The notes under the pieces were generated by a model that saw only the letters and a list, made by a program, of their open reading frames with translations, was not told the origin of the DNA and did not search any database. A program made the translations under genes and the position numbers. Below are positions 1 to 11,822 of a DNA stretch of 64,000 nt, one piece after another. The first letter of the stretch is position 1, and each line of letters opens with the position of its first letter. The stretch comes from Tubiluchus corallicola (Eukaryota > Animalia > Priapulida): positions 496,001-560,000 of the forward strand of contig JAQGDQ010000031.1 in the NCBI GenBank assembly GCA_030141605.1, written 5' to 3'.

Positions 1-228
1 ATTTCAGTATCCAAGTTGATTTCATTGTTCTTGTATTGCTTCCCTGCACAGAAGGCCCCAGAGACAGTTCCACCCATGTTCAGTTGTAAATGCAAATACT
101 TTTTTCTCAGAATGAAAAATGCTAACGCAATTTTCGTGTAATATTTAAAAAATACTATTATCTTGTTAATTAAATGAAATTTGTGTGATATGTGGTTGCC
201 ACTAATCACATTATATATCTGTTAAAAG

Positions 229-3200
229 GCTTGAAGAGCAAATAAGCAATTTAGTCGATTCGTGGGACATCCAGGAGTGTGATATGGCTAGTCTATACAA
301 ACATATGGATTTTCTTTCTAAGCAGTTAGAAGTGAGTGTGTTAATAGAAGTTTTTTACTCTTTTTCTCCATTGAGTTTTTGAAAGACCAATATTTACTTT
401 TTCATCGATTCTGCTGACTATTATGTTCCTTCATTATTGTTAATCTCTAAAATCTTTACCTTTCTTAATATTTTTGTTTACTTTTTTGTTATGCAGCACA
501 TCATAACCAAACATATTTATATAACAATTTCTCAAATCAATCTTTGAACAATCCTGTTCCCTAGTAACATTGACCGCGTAGAGTTACTCAAATTTCGCTG
601 AACTGGGTGTCTTTAACTACTTGACTTAAAACCCACTTTTCTATACTACTAATGCATTGAATTATTTTCAATGACTATCATACATATGCTGATATTTTTC
701 CCGTAGATCATGAGTATAACACCAGATCAAAACACAGAGGCGATTATAAGTCGCCGTTAGTTAGAACTAACGTTGACCAGTCAGGCTTGGCTTACACGGG
801 GACCAGTAATTTGGACTCAACTACCTGTTCATATACGTCATGCAAATGTCAAAGTGATTTAAAATCAAGCAAAAAAACATTTTCAAGATGAATTTTTCTT
901 TTAAACCTCGAGGTATACTTCATTTAGTAGAAGTGATCAAGAGTATGTTAAATAATACAATTTTAAGGATTTAAGCTAGATGTATGTGTATGTGTTAACT
1001 GTAAATTTATGTAACTATATTATTCAAGCTGGGAAATTTGCAGCTTCATCTAAATAATTTGTTGTATAAGTATTTAATGTATGATTATTGTTCAGTACTG
1101 CATCTTAACACAGGAGCTTGTTGTAAACGAGCAAAGTGCTCAGTCATTTTATCCTTTTTAAAGATTTTGCATAATAATAATGACAATAATAATAATGATG
1201 AAACATGAGTTGTCACGTTTTCTAGTTTTCGTTGCTGCTCAGTCTGCACCCTGCATGCACTTGCGCATGATCTAATGAGAATTTATTGCAGTTGTAATCG
1301 TGTCATAATTTTGTTCATTGCTATCATTCAGGATGTAAAGAAAAGTGCCACGGAAGATCGGGAAATGAGGGAGTTTGTTGAAGCTGAGAGGTGGGCGATG
1401 AAAGAAAGCCTAAGAGAAGCTGAATTGAGAAACGCATCCAAGGATGAGGAATGTCAGAGCTTGCATAGTTCACTTCACCAAATGACGTATGCTTTACTGT
1501 TTGTTTTTTCATTCGTTTCTTACTTGATGGCTTGTGTTTGTGCATTCAGTAGATTTTATGTTGTCCACAAATTTGCTTCTCCTTACTGTATAGCCTGGCT
1601 TAAACCGTGTGAATAATGGCCATCATAAATAAGCCCAATGGACTTTGTAAAAAAGGCACATAATAAAAATACCCTTATAATTTTGCTGTAATTATTGGTA
1701 TCGTGAATAAGAAAATAGAAATATTGTTCAAAACGTGATTATGAAGATGCAGTTTGTATAGTACACTAGTTAATTGATAATACAATAATCAAGAAGAACA
1801 ATAATCGATAGTACAGTTAAATGAGGTACTTTTTCCATAATAAGGCAATTCCTGCTAATTGCAATAGTCAGCTTGTAATATTAGTTGACATCTTGGATTT
1901 GGCTGCCATTTTGAATTTTCATATAGGCAGTGATTCCTATCTTCAAACAGCATTTGCTAAACTATAAATGCGTCACATTTTTTATTTTTGTAGTCTCTGA
2001 AACGATCCTCTTGATATGTCACACTTATCTTAATTCAATAGTAATCATGATATTTGAGCTGGTACCATCTATATAATGTGGAACAGTTGCTGCTGTAGTT
2101 AAGATGTTCATTGTATTTAGGTTAAAGTGTCAACAGCTAGAGGTTGAATTGGAAGCCACTAGATGTCGCACTAGGCACATGGCGTTCAGCCATGACAGTG
2201 AGATTCACGAAGCCAATTGCATAGCATCTGCTGTACAAAGACAAACGATAGACCTGCTGACTTACTTGGCTGATCAGCTAGAGATGCCGTCTGTATGTGA
2301 ATGCTTTCCTTTTGCTTAATTCACTGATTTACCGATTATATGACATGCTTGTCTTTTACTAATCCTGAGATTTTTAAACTTTATTAATGTACTGGCATTG
2401 TCGATCGTCTAGATAAATCAGTTTTGAGCTTAAACTATAAATTAATACGAATTAAGCGTACAAATAATTTTTTAAATGTCTAGCAAATTCATATCCCATC
2501 ATATTGTAGCCAAGATTTCCTCATTGGGCTTGCTTCGTTTAAATTGTTCTTTGTTATACATATGACATTTGTTTTGCCCCAAACAAGCTGTTTAGCATTT
2601 GCCCTTAATGATGTGAGATTCATTGCTATACCTGAAATCAGAGGTGAAAATTCTTTTCAGCAGAAATTTCAGAAGTAATAGAGATAAATATGGCACTTTT
2701 GTTTAGAGCTTTGACAAAAATGAACATTGCCAATCGTGCAGCTGAATGATAAGAGAATTGTGTAGCTACAGTGATCGTGTATTTGCGCAAGTATGATCAC
2801 GTAACTCCAACATTAAGGGCCCTACACTGGCTTCTTGTGCAATCTAGAATCAAATTCAAAATTGCTGTGCTGGTATTTAAATGTTTACATGGCCAAGCCC
2901 CACGCTTGCAGAACTGATTAGCATTTACACGTCAATCAGAAATTTAAGATCGGATAATGAAAATCTACTTGTTGTGCCTAGAATACAAACAAAAACTTTA
3001 GGTACACGTGCTTTTTCCCATGCCACTGTAACTGTTTGGAACAGCCATCCACTGAAAATTAGAAACTGTGATAATATAATTACATTTAAAAAATTGGAAT
3101 GTACAAGACACATCTTTTCAAATGGGAATTGAATTGGATTTTAATTTTGCCCGCATTTTGCTAACTCGATTTTATATCGATTTTTTTTACTTAAATTTTT

Positions 3201-6200
3201 AAGGCTTTTCTATATAGTGCATATAGTTTTATGATTTCTTTTAGGCTTGTAAGATTTTTGGTTGTAAAGCTCAACTGAGTATGTTTATATATTTGTAGCA
3301 CTATATAAATCTTATGTAATAATAATAATAACATGAATAATAATAAAGAGAATGTGTTTGAGCTCTTTTGTTACATGTGCTGTACATTTATATAAACATT
3401 TCTTTTAAAATTTAGGAAGACTTGAATAATGAGACTGCCATATCCGATGCAAGTGGTGTAAATAATGAGAGTGTTTTAGCGGAACCATTGGACTTCTCAG
3501 ACACACAACAATTTTCCCTTGTTGCCAGCGTCATGAATGCAGTGAATGATCAGTCCCAGTCTCTAGCAAAAAGTGTGATCTTGAGGAACGCAACTAAACG
3601 GTTATTCGACAGCGTCGGACAAAATGCTAACACAAATGTGATGGACCAAAATGACACGCTCGATGCAAGCAACTTCGTGCCAGTCTGCAAAAAACAACTA
3701 CTGGCACCTAGTGGCGACAGTTTGCCAGAACCATCTGTCGACAGCGCTTTTGTGCAAGTTGGTGAAACTTCCTTTGTGCCTCGAACTGCTGCTGTTAGTG
3801 AGGAAGTCATAGACACTGAGCAGGAAGTAGATAAATCAGATGACGAGAGTAAGCCACCGGCATCTGAAACATGTACTCTGAGCCAGCAAAAGCCACAATC
3901 ACTGGCAAACAAGCTAAAACATTTGTCCAATGATATCTATCAGCTACAGTACATGATAGAGATGCTTGTAGATGTACAAAGGAATGTGGCTGACTCTCTT
4001 ATTCGAGAAAGGTAAACATTTATGTTTTTGTATTTGTAAGCTTTTCATTACCAGAGAGTAAAAGTACAGTAATGCCAACCTCGCTTAACGCTCAAACTTT
4101 TAGTAAAACGAAATTTCTATATTCGCACAGACATGTACATATTAACGCGCATCGTCATAATGCCAACTTTTTTGCAGTCCCAAAGTTGGTGGTATAAAGA
4201 CTTTTAATTGTAATCTATAAAATTAACATTGTGGCTTAATTTACAAAAAATGTTTTCATTCGCAAATGAATATTTTTTATTATAAAATGCTTCAATGTTT
4301 TTTTAAGGATCTGCTTTAAAACGTCTCAACTGTTTGGCATTGTATTTGCCAGATCTATTCGTAATTTATGCATAAGTCTCATTAATTACCCCATTTATGT
4401 TTTTTTAGAATAAAGCAGTTCTTTATTGACTGTTTTTCGTGCAAAAAAGCAGAAAATCCTTGTTCTTCATTGTTTACATGCATGTCTTTTTACTGACACT
4501 GCCTATTTATTGTATCGATTTTAGCAATTATATTACTTCTGCATTTGCAGCATTATGAACTATTATAGCTGAGTCCCAGTTTCCAAGTATTAATTTAAGC
4601 GCCATGTTGAATGTCGTTATTTGGATAGTGTGGTGACGTTGATTCTTAATCTTAGCAATTATATTGCTTCTGCATTTGCATATGAACTATTCTAGCTGAG
4701 TCCCAGCTTCCAAGTGTTAATTTAAGCACCATATTGGATGTTGTTATTTGGATGATGTGGTCGATTCTTACCGTAGGACCCTCTAAAATATCTGAGAACA
4801 AATACTGGAAAACTATGTGTTGTAAAAAGTGTTATTTTGGATTCCATTTTGGTGGGGAGTGGTGAACTAAATAATGACATCAGTCTAGACTTTAATGAGC
4901 CATGTTGGTTCATACGGTACCCCATGTGTGAGACATGCTGCAGCATGTGGGTGTGTATAAATAACACATAGACAGACAGACACGGGTTTCCAGTTTCATA
5001 TGTACAGATTGGCCATGGTCCAAATAAATATAGCTGTGCTGCATGTGTTGGTTGTACTTTAGGGACACGTTACTGGCAAAACAGAATGGATATGAACTGA
5101 GGGTGACGTATTTGACTCAAGACGTGCGGTCACTGGAGCGTGAAAAAGAAAATCTGCAGAAAGAAATTCTAGATCAGCTAGACGAGCTGCATGAGAAGAA
5201 CAGGGCTCTGGCGCACACCAATAACTGTATGCGCCTGATGGGAGAGAAGATTGAACAGCAGCAGCAGAGTCAGAGCAGTGGAGACACCTCTGCAGTAAGT
5301 GTTTTCGTTATGAGCAGGGGCGAAACTAGGGGGGGGGGAGTGAGGGGGCGCCCCCCCCCTGCAAAATCGGACAAATAATTTTTTTTGCAGTGAAAATTGC
5401 AGTTCGCATGTTATCATTTTCAATATGAATTAGAATTAGGTAAAAAAATGTTTGGTAGCTTCAGTGTATTATTTTCTTAAAACTTGTGTGTGATAAATTT
5501 CTGTAAATAACAATTTAGTTAGAGGCACATTAATAATGTTAGGTTAACTGAGAGTTAATTTTCTCATTATTGCTTTGTCCGCTACGCCGCCCTACACATG
5601 CTAATTATAGGCCTGCATGCAGTATAAAAGGGGTTAAAATTGGCTTAACCATTATTTAACCACTTCGGATACCTCCCCCCCCAGAAAATTTTTGCGCCTG
5701 CATGCCAATTTTTTCCCCTGCTTGCCACATCTAGTTCCGGCCCTGGTTAGGAACATTGTTAGATTGTTACCATAGCAACAACATTGTAGTGTTACTGTGC
5801 ACTAAAAATAACTAGATGATTACTATTGCCTCAGCTTTAAACATAAACTGTGTGTCTTTCTTTTTGCAGGTGTTCATAGCTTTCATTTATATTGCCTTAA
5901 TCATTATGTATGTGATGTTATTGCTGAGTGCTCTCTAATGTTGCAAGAAATGATGTTCTTGTGCAGCAGAGACAACTGCATTAGTACAGAATTATTTGCT
6001 TTGTTAAAAAACTATGATCAACACCAAATTTTAATATTTAACTTCTTGGTAAAGCAGTAGCGACTACCAGACATCTGGAATGTACATGCATGATAGATAA
6101 AAGTTAGTTTATATTGTTTTCAATGTATCCGTTTATCAAACCTATGTTACGCGTTACTTTTTTCTGCAGCTATTTCCTAATGGTTTTTTTTTGTAGGCAA

Positions 6201-7724
6201 CTAGTCTACAGGTGGATAACGCATAATGCATTCCGAATGTCTGGTAAACCACGCTTTATAACATGCGAATGAGCACTGTATTATATCCCTTGCTGGGTAC
6301 ATATTACACTGTAAAGTAAAACAGAATTGCTTGTTAAAACAGAATGCATGTGCATTAAAATCCCAAATAAGTTGTTTTCACAAAATCTTCAAATCAAATC
6401 AAATAAGGGAAACACAATTTTTAAAAATTTTATCTAGCTTATTTTGAGTTACACGGCTTTTTTCTTTGTCATTGTCATGCTGTACTGATCTGTAGTCTGA
6501 AAACTTATTTCTCATTGTAGACAGGAATCCCAGATTGGGTGTTTATTATTGTTTGTTATTTATTAGATCGGGTATCAAATAATCGTTAAAGTGCATTAGA
6601 ATTCACTCACTACAAAAAGTTTGATGATTTCCACTTAGAAACCATAACTTTCAATTTACGTAAAATAGTGTATCATATCTGGCTTAATTACTTTGTGACA
6701 ATTTTTGTATCATCACACAGCAGTAGTACTTTCATCAGGCTTGTTATTATGCTGCTTTTCACTTTTAAAATTATTTTGTTGTAGCTAGTAGAGCTAAGTG
6801 CAAAACTTTGCGAGAAAGAGGTGCTAATTCAAGAGATTCAACTGAAAGCACAGGAGAGAAACGACATTTTGAAAGACAACTGGAAGAAAGCAGAGGAAAC
6901 TGTCTACCTTCTTGATGAAAAATTAGAAGAATTATTAAAGGTAGAAACTTTTTTTGCAATTGTAGTAGAATTGTTTCCTGGGCTCAGCTCCATATATTCT
7001 ACTACATATTTTATTGCATTTTAAAGAAAAAACTAATTTACAAATACAGTCAATCGTCTTTATACCATGTACTTTTGACTGCAAAAAAGTTGACATTATA
7101 GTGAACTTGGCATTATATAAATGGGCTCTGTAATGCGGTTTAACTGTAAATGGTACATCCCATGTGGACAGTGCATTTCCATACTATTACAGCGTAATTT
7201 CTTTCACGGTTTTTTAGCTGATTGTAGAATATAGTTTACTGCGTGTCCTTATATTTAGAGAACTCACGTCACATATTATAGTAATAACTTTGTTGCCTTG
7301 TTGTCAAAGCAATGCCATCTTAGGGTGAAAATCTTTAAGTTTTGAATCAAGATGCATATTTTTTCTCATAAGATTGCAATTATGTACAGTTAAGATAGAT
7401 ATCTAGTTACCAAAGTATTCTATTACTATTATATGTATCATTCTGCACATATAATTGTATTGTCTCAATTGTTTACTGTTTATTGTGTGTATCATCCTGC
7501 TTTCATTAGAGTTGTGCATCTGTTCATAATTATTAGAATCCACCAAAACATACTAGTCCCTTGCCTGTTTTAAATTCAACAGCAAAGTTAATTTCTCTTG
7601 CATTTTCTAGGTAGTAGAATCTATACCAGATTTACCATCGGTCAGTCCACAACTACACAGCTTAGTTAACTATATCCGAAGTCGAGAAAGATTTAAATCA
7701 GAACTAAATTCTCAGGAAGAGTGA
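229..7724 (+). CDS. Coiled-coil protein, SPAG5/astrin-like (3' part; gene starts upstream of the window)
   Basis: Phase-consistent GT-AG exons 229-331, 1332-1486, 2121-2292, 3416-4011, 5063-5294, 6785-6940, 7611-7724 (TGA 7722-7724). Heptad-rich. The C-terminus RNDILKDNWKKAEETVYLLDEKLEELLKVVESIPDLPSVSPQLHSLVNYIR resembles my recollection of the vertebrate SPAG5 C-terminus (RNILEENLRRSDKELEKLDDIVQHIYKTLLSIPEVV...LQGLLEFL). The exon structure is secure; the identity is moderate. Confidence 0.7.
540..1198 (+). mobile_element. 5'-truncated, decayed non-LTR retrotransposon (CR1/L2-group LINE) 3' end
   Basis: ~709-840 translates (one frameshift) to HEYNTRSKHRGDYKSPLVRTNVDQSGLAYTG.VIWTQLPVHIR, a typical LINE ORF2 C-terminal pattern. 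Ends in an (AAT)n tail at ~1171-1198. Boundaries approximate. Confidence 0.6.
2760..3345 (+). mobile_element. L2-clade LINE 3' fragment
   Basis: RKYDHVTPTLRALHWLLVQSRIKFKIAVLVFKCLHGQAP, a frameshift, then LAELISIYTSIRNLRS...LLVVPRIQTKTLGTRAFSHATVTVWNSHP: the classic L2 ORF2 C-terminus. L2-type tail GCACTATATAAAT plus (AAT)n at ~3298-3345. Confidence 0.8.
4065..4212. mobile_element. Tc1/mariner-pogo-like MITE (copy 1)
   Basis: TA-CAGT...ATTG-TA ends. The reverse complement of its right end (GTCTTTATACCA..GACTGCAAAAAAGTTGGCATTAT) matches the left end of the copy at 7045. Confidence 0.5.
4521..4770. repeat. ~130 bp diverged tandem duplication
   Basis: TTAGCAATTATATT.CTTCTGCATTTGCA...TAGCTGAGTCCCAG...GATTCTTA occurs twice (from ~4521 and ~4652). 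Confidence 0.8.
5315..5745. mobile_element. hAT-like MITE
   Basis: Imperfect TIRs CAGGGGCGAAACTAG / CTAGTTCCGGCCCTG. Flanked by 8-bp GTTATGAG / GTTAGGAA (6/8 identical, decayed TSD). Internal G/C hairpin. Confidence 0.7.
6058..6254. mobile_element. Small inverted-repeat element (MITE-like)
   Basis: ACCAGACATCTGGAATGTA ... TGCATTCCGAATGTCTGGT form an inverted pair. The motif GAATGTCTGGTAAA recurs at ~20087-20100, in a second inverted-repeat element (~19730-20152). Confidence 0.4.
7045..7148. mobile_element. Tc1/mariner-pogo-like MITE (copy 2, same family as 4065-4212)
   Basis: TA-CAGT...ACTG-TA ends and ~55 bp of shared terminal sequence. Confidence 0.55.
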
Positions 7725-7840
7725 TTTGTCAGCATAATTATGTTCCTTAATTAATTTTTACTCTGTCTTTATCAGTATTATGTAGACTTTCCCATTCGTT
7801 GACTTTTTAATTATGAGAAATGTTCTTGTTTTATCATGTT

Positions 7841-7846
7841 AATAAA
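7841..7846 (+). terminator. Candidate polyadenylation signal of the SPAG5-like gene
   Basis: AATAAA about 115 nt after the TGA stop. Confidence 0.45.
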
Positions 7847-10344
7847 CACATTTCAGTCACTCAACATAATTTAAAAATGTGACATTTTTGAAAATTTAAA
7901 GTCAGTGTCTTATTTTAATTGTCTGTTTTTCGGTGTTTTGAAAAACAGTTTTTAAGATCAGATGTATTTTTAACTGTTTTCCGTTTAAGAAAATGTTTGT
8001 GATTGTGTGTATCATATATTATGCAAGAAAAATTCAAACTGCATTATTTTATTATTTGTAAAGGAATTTTTTTATTTAAGAATTTCTGTATCCTTGGATA
8101 GTATATAAACAGTATCATCTAATTTATTACTTAAAATGTCTCACCAAACACAAGTATTAAAAACAAATGATGGGCTTAATGCAAAAAACAAAATTAATAC
8201 TCAAAAAGCTTTGTGTTGTTCAGCGAGTTTTTTTCTAAAATTAATATGGCCATACTGTGTAACCACATGGTGATCAAGTTTCCTGTTACCGTTGACAGAT
8301 CTAATATCGTGATATTATTTTGACTGTTTTAGTGAAAATGACATACATTTATATTGTAAAAAAATTGTTGTCACATACAGCCAGCAGAATTATTTCAGGA
8401 TTTGAAAATAGAGTACTTTAGATTATGTTTAACAAATAACATGATTAATTATTCGAAAATCGGTTCATACTAGTAACTCTGGTTTCCTTTTTGTTCAGAC
8501 GACAGAAAATTTGCCATACAAAATTTTTTATGGAAATACATTTTTGCACACTTTACAAACACAAAAAATGTGTGTTCTAAGTATAGATTTAAATGCCGTG
8601 CGTACATAAAAAGATATTACTAGCATCAGTATCGATCTTACTTCAAAAGCATCTCTGCAAACTGCTATTTTTGCCTAACAACATGGCACTCATTGTGGCC
8701 TCTCGATTTGCGCAAGTCTAGCAATTTCGTTTTGCGCACTTCCGGGCATTTAAATCTATGGCCTAAGTTCCTTGTAATCCAAAATTTTACAACAAGGCTG
8801 TAAACTAAGAGTGTACTTAAAATCTCTTAACGTTTAATTCAACTACTAATCACAATAATCTACTAAAAACCATAACTGCCAGGCACACTTATCATTTACA
8901 TTATCCTTGCCAATTTTTAAATGTTTTGTTACAGACAAGACTTGAGATATCACTCCACTGCCGTGTACATGTAATTTTTATGACAGAATAGGATACATTT
9001 ACAGTAATTTCGTTGATCTTTCTGATACTTTTGATTTTGCTCGTCAGTTTCAAAGTTCATTATCATACAGGTAGTAAGGAGATAATACTTTACCAACCGA
9101 GGTGAGACTAACAACCATGACTATTTCACAATTCTCTTAATTCCTAATACTTTAAATAGGCAGTGGTTTTGCAGTGAATACAAGAAAATTCACATCAGGT
9201 CTAAAAGTTTTGTATAAAAAAAATCAAAGTTTGTCACAATCCACAGAGATAAAAATCATTTACGTATAGACAAATAATGCATAACATAATAATTAAACAC
9301 TTAGTTAAGAATTTTGGTAAAGAATAGTTAACTACACTTAGTATTTTATGAACACTTCACAAAATGCAAGGATTATGATGATATTAGCAAATGTAAACAT
9401 AATGAACCTGAAGGTTATTAGATTACAGATTTTTCACAGTTTTCAATTCTGCTCAGTTCAACAAGAAAACTAATAAACTGCAAGCGTGTTACTATTATCC
9501 TACCTTGGCTAGTAACTAAGGAAATTGAGTTTCAATGATATGTGCCAGTCAATCACACGCGAAAACATGTATGCATATTTGAGTACGTAAATGATTGCAA
9601 ATAAAGACAAGTGAACTAACAAAAATTATTTCATTATTGCACATTCAGTAAATCGTGAGGTGGGATCACGGGGAACACAATCACACATACTATACATAAA
9701 TACTGTCAAAATAACATCTATGTATAAAGAATATCTAACTTCTAGCAGCTGAATGGAAAAAACAAAAACTGTTAGAATAAAGACATTTCTGTTCACATAC
9801 GTGTGACAGTCACTGTGACTGCACCATTTTACACTAAAAGTTACTATCCTGTTAAACCATGGGCTCACTCCAACACACACAATCGCTATCTTTACCCGAA
9901 TTATCTGTCCTCCATCACACTGAGAGTATAGAAGACACATGTATGCACTGGTTAGAACCGTTAGATCCAAGCAATTTTATCAGTAAAGCAACTAAAATTT
10001 TGTTACAAGACAGTCTCCTACTTCATGAAAACAATCACGGTATGGTACAGGTTGTGGTAAAAATGAAACTACTAAGGTACATAAACTCTAGCAAAAAAAT
10101 AACAATAAGTGTCTTGCTCATTCTGGCTAAGTTCAAAATGTGACAAAAAACACATACACACACATGATAACTATATGTATATATAGTATATAAGTCATAT
10201 TAAATAAATTTTATCTGCAATATTATATTATGACAAAAACAGAAGAGTGAACGTAACAAACGAACGTGAGTGAGCCGTTCTTTCATATGACATTTACATA
10301 CTTAGTTAAAAAAATGTAGGTAAATTGTAATTAAACAACACTTA

Positions 10345-10401
10345 AAAGAAAGAGAGGAACAGCCAATTCTCCAAAGAAAGAGAGGAACAGCCAATTCTCC
10401 A
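10345..10401. repeat. Short perfect tandem duplication (~28-29 bp x2)
   Basis: AAAGAAAGAGAGGAACAGCCAATTCTCC repeated directly. Confidence 0.85.
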
Positions 10402-11822
10402 GTACAGCTGTGAGTAACTGACACTAAAATGCTATACAGACTACACTACCCTATGAGAACGTCAAGAAACTTTACACACTACGAGAAAATCCATGGTATC
10501 AAGGAAGCAAAATCAAAAATCTTAATCTTAGTCACTAATATGGTCCTTAAAAAACCCATGCAAACATTCGGATTCACAGTGGTTTTGTGAGTGATTGCGT
10601 GGTTTGTATAAAAAAAGAAATGGCCAATACCAGGCTGTTAAATATCCTGTCACGAGTAAACTACTGAAGCTACTCAATGTATACCATATACTTAAAAATA
10701 CATTATCAGATCTAACGATAAAGTGGTTAAAACAATTGTTTCAAATTTCCGGCAGTTTTTTAGCCGTGCATCTACTATACTTGCAAATGCTTTTCTTGAA
10801 CTAGTAAAGCAGTTCAAATGGCAAAGTTTCCTATAACTTGATATACATCTGCAATACCTGCACACTATCTTGTCCTTTGTTAATACAGTACAATGTAGTA
10901 CACATTTCCCCTAGACAGAGGATAAGTTTTCAGGAAATGCCATGTTAGGAATTTAGGGAAAAATAACGAAGATCTATTTTGATTCTCCTGTATGGCATTT
11001 CCTTAGTTGCATAACACATGAACTGACAACAAAAACTATCATATTAATAAAATACATTATAAAGACAAGTAAAATGCCATCATTAAAATATGACATATGA
11101 TACTCTCAATAAGCCAGGCAAATTTGCACCTAATGTGCATAAAAACCCATGAAACAAACATGTGAAAGTCACTCAAATGCGGGTAACTAACTTTGAAATA
11201 AAAAAATAAACTGAGCACAAATGACAAAGCCGGGATTATATGCATTTGTCCTGGTTAGGACTTCCTGCAGTCTGTAATTACAGTACAGTAAAATTAAACT
11301 CTTTTAATTTTCTTCCTCTAGATATCTCATATAACAACCTGCAAGAACTTAAAATTACACGTTTCTGCAGTTTCTACAATAATTCGATAAGTAATGCATT
11401 AATTATCATGCATAACACACACACAGATAATCGAAAGGGCGCTGCAGATTTTTTTATTCTGCCGATTGACATTTAGTGCCTCTTAAACAGGCATTTAGAT
11501 TACCTGAGTAGGGTTCAATTTGAAGTCAGCATGAATAACTAAGAATACACTGTATGTCATTGATTTAATGATGGTAATTTGCTCAGAAACGCAATGAACG
11601 CAGAGTCACTTCATCGGCACCTCATCTGCGGCTTCCCACCTTAAATATGCTCTCCAAAATAATTTCAGAATGTATTATAATCTATTTCTTCACTATGAAT
11701 GATTTACCAGAGGCCAGTGAGTAACTAAACTAGATACCAATAAATTTGAAACGCTTTTAAAGGTAGTACAAGTACGAAGATTAATACTCAATGTTATCAA
11801 ACTCCAAGTTGCTGTTTGAGTT

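Noticed and set aside
3550-3930. 126-aa minus-strand ORF
   Set aside because: Antisense shadow of exon 3416-4011.
7850-11820. Additional gene between the SPAG5-like gene and FLOT2
   Set aside because: Only short AT-rich ORFs without motifs; more consistent with long 3' UTR or intergenic DNA.
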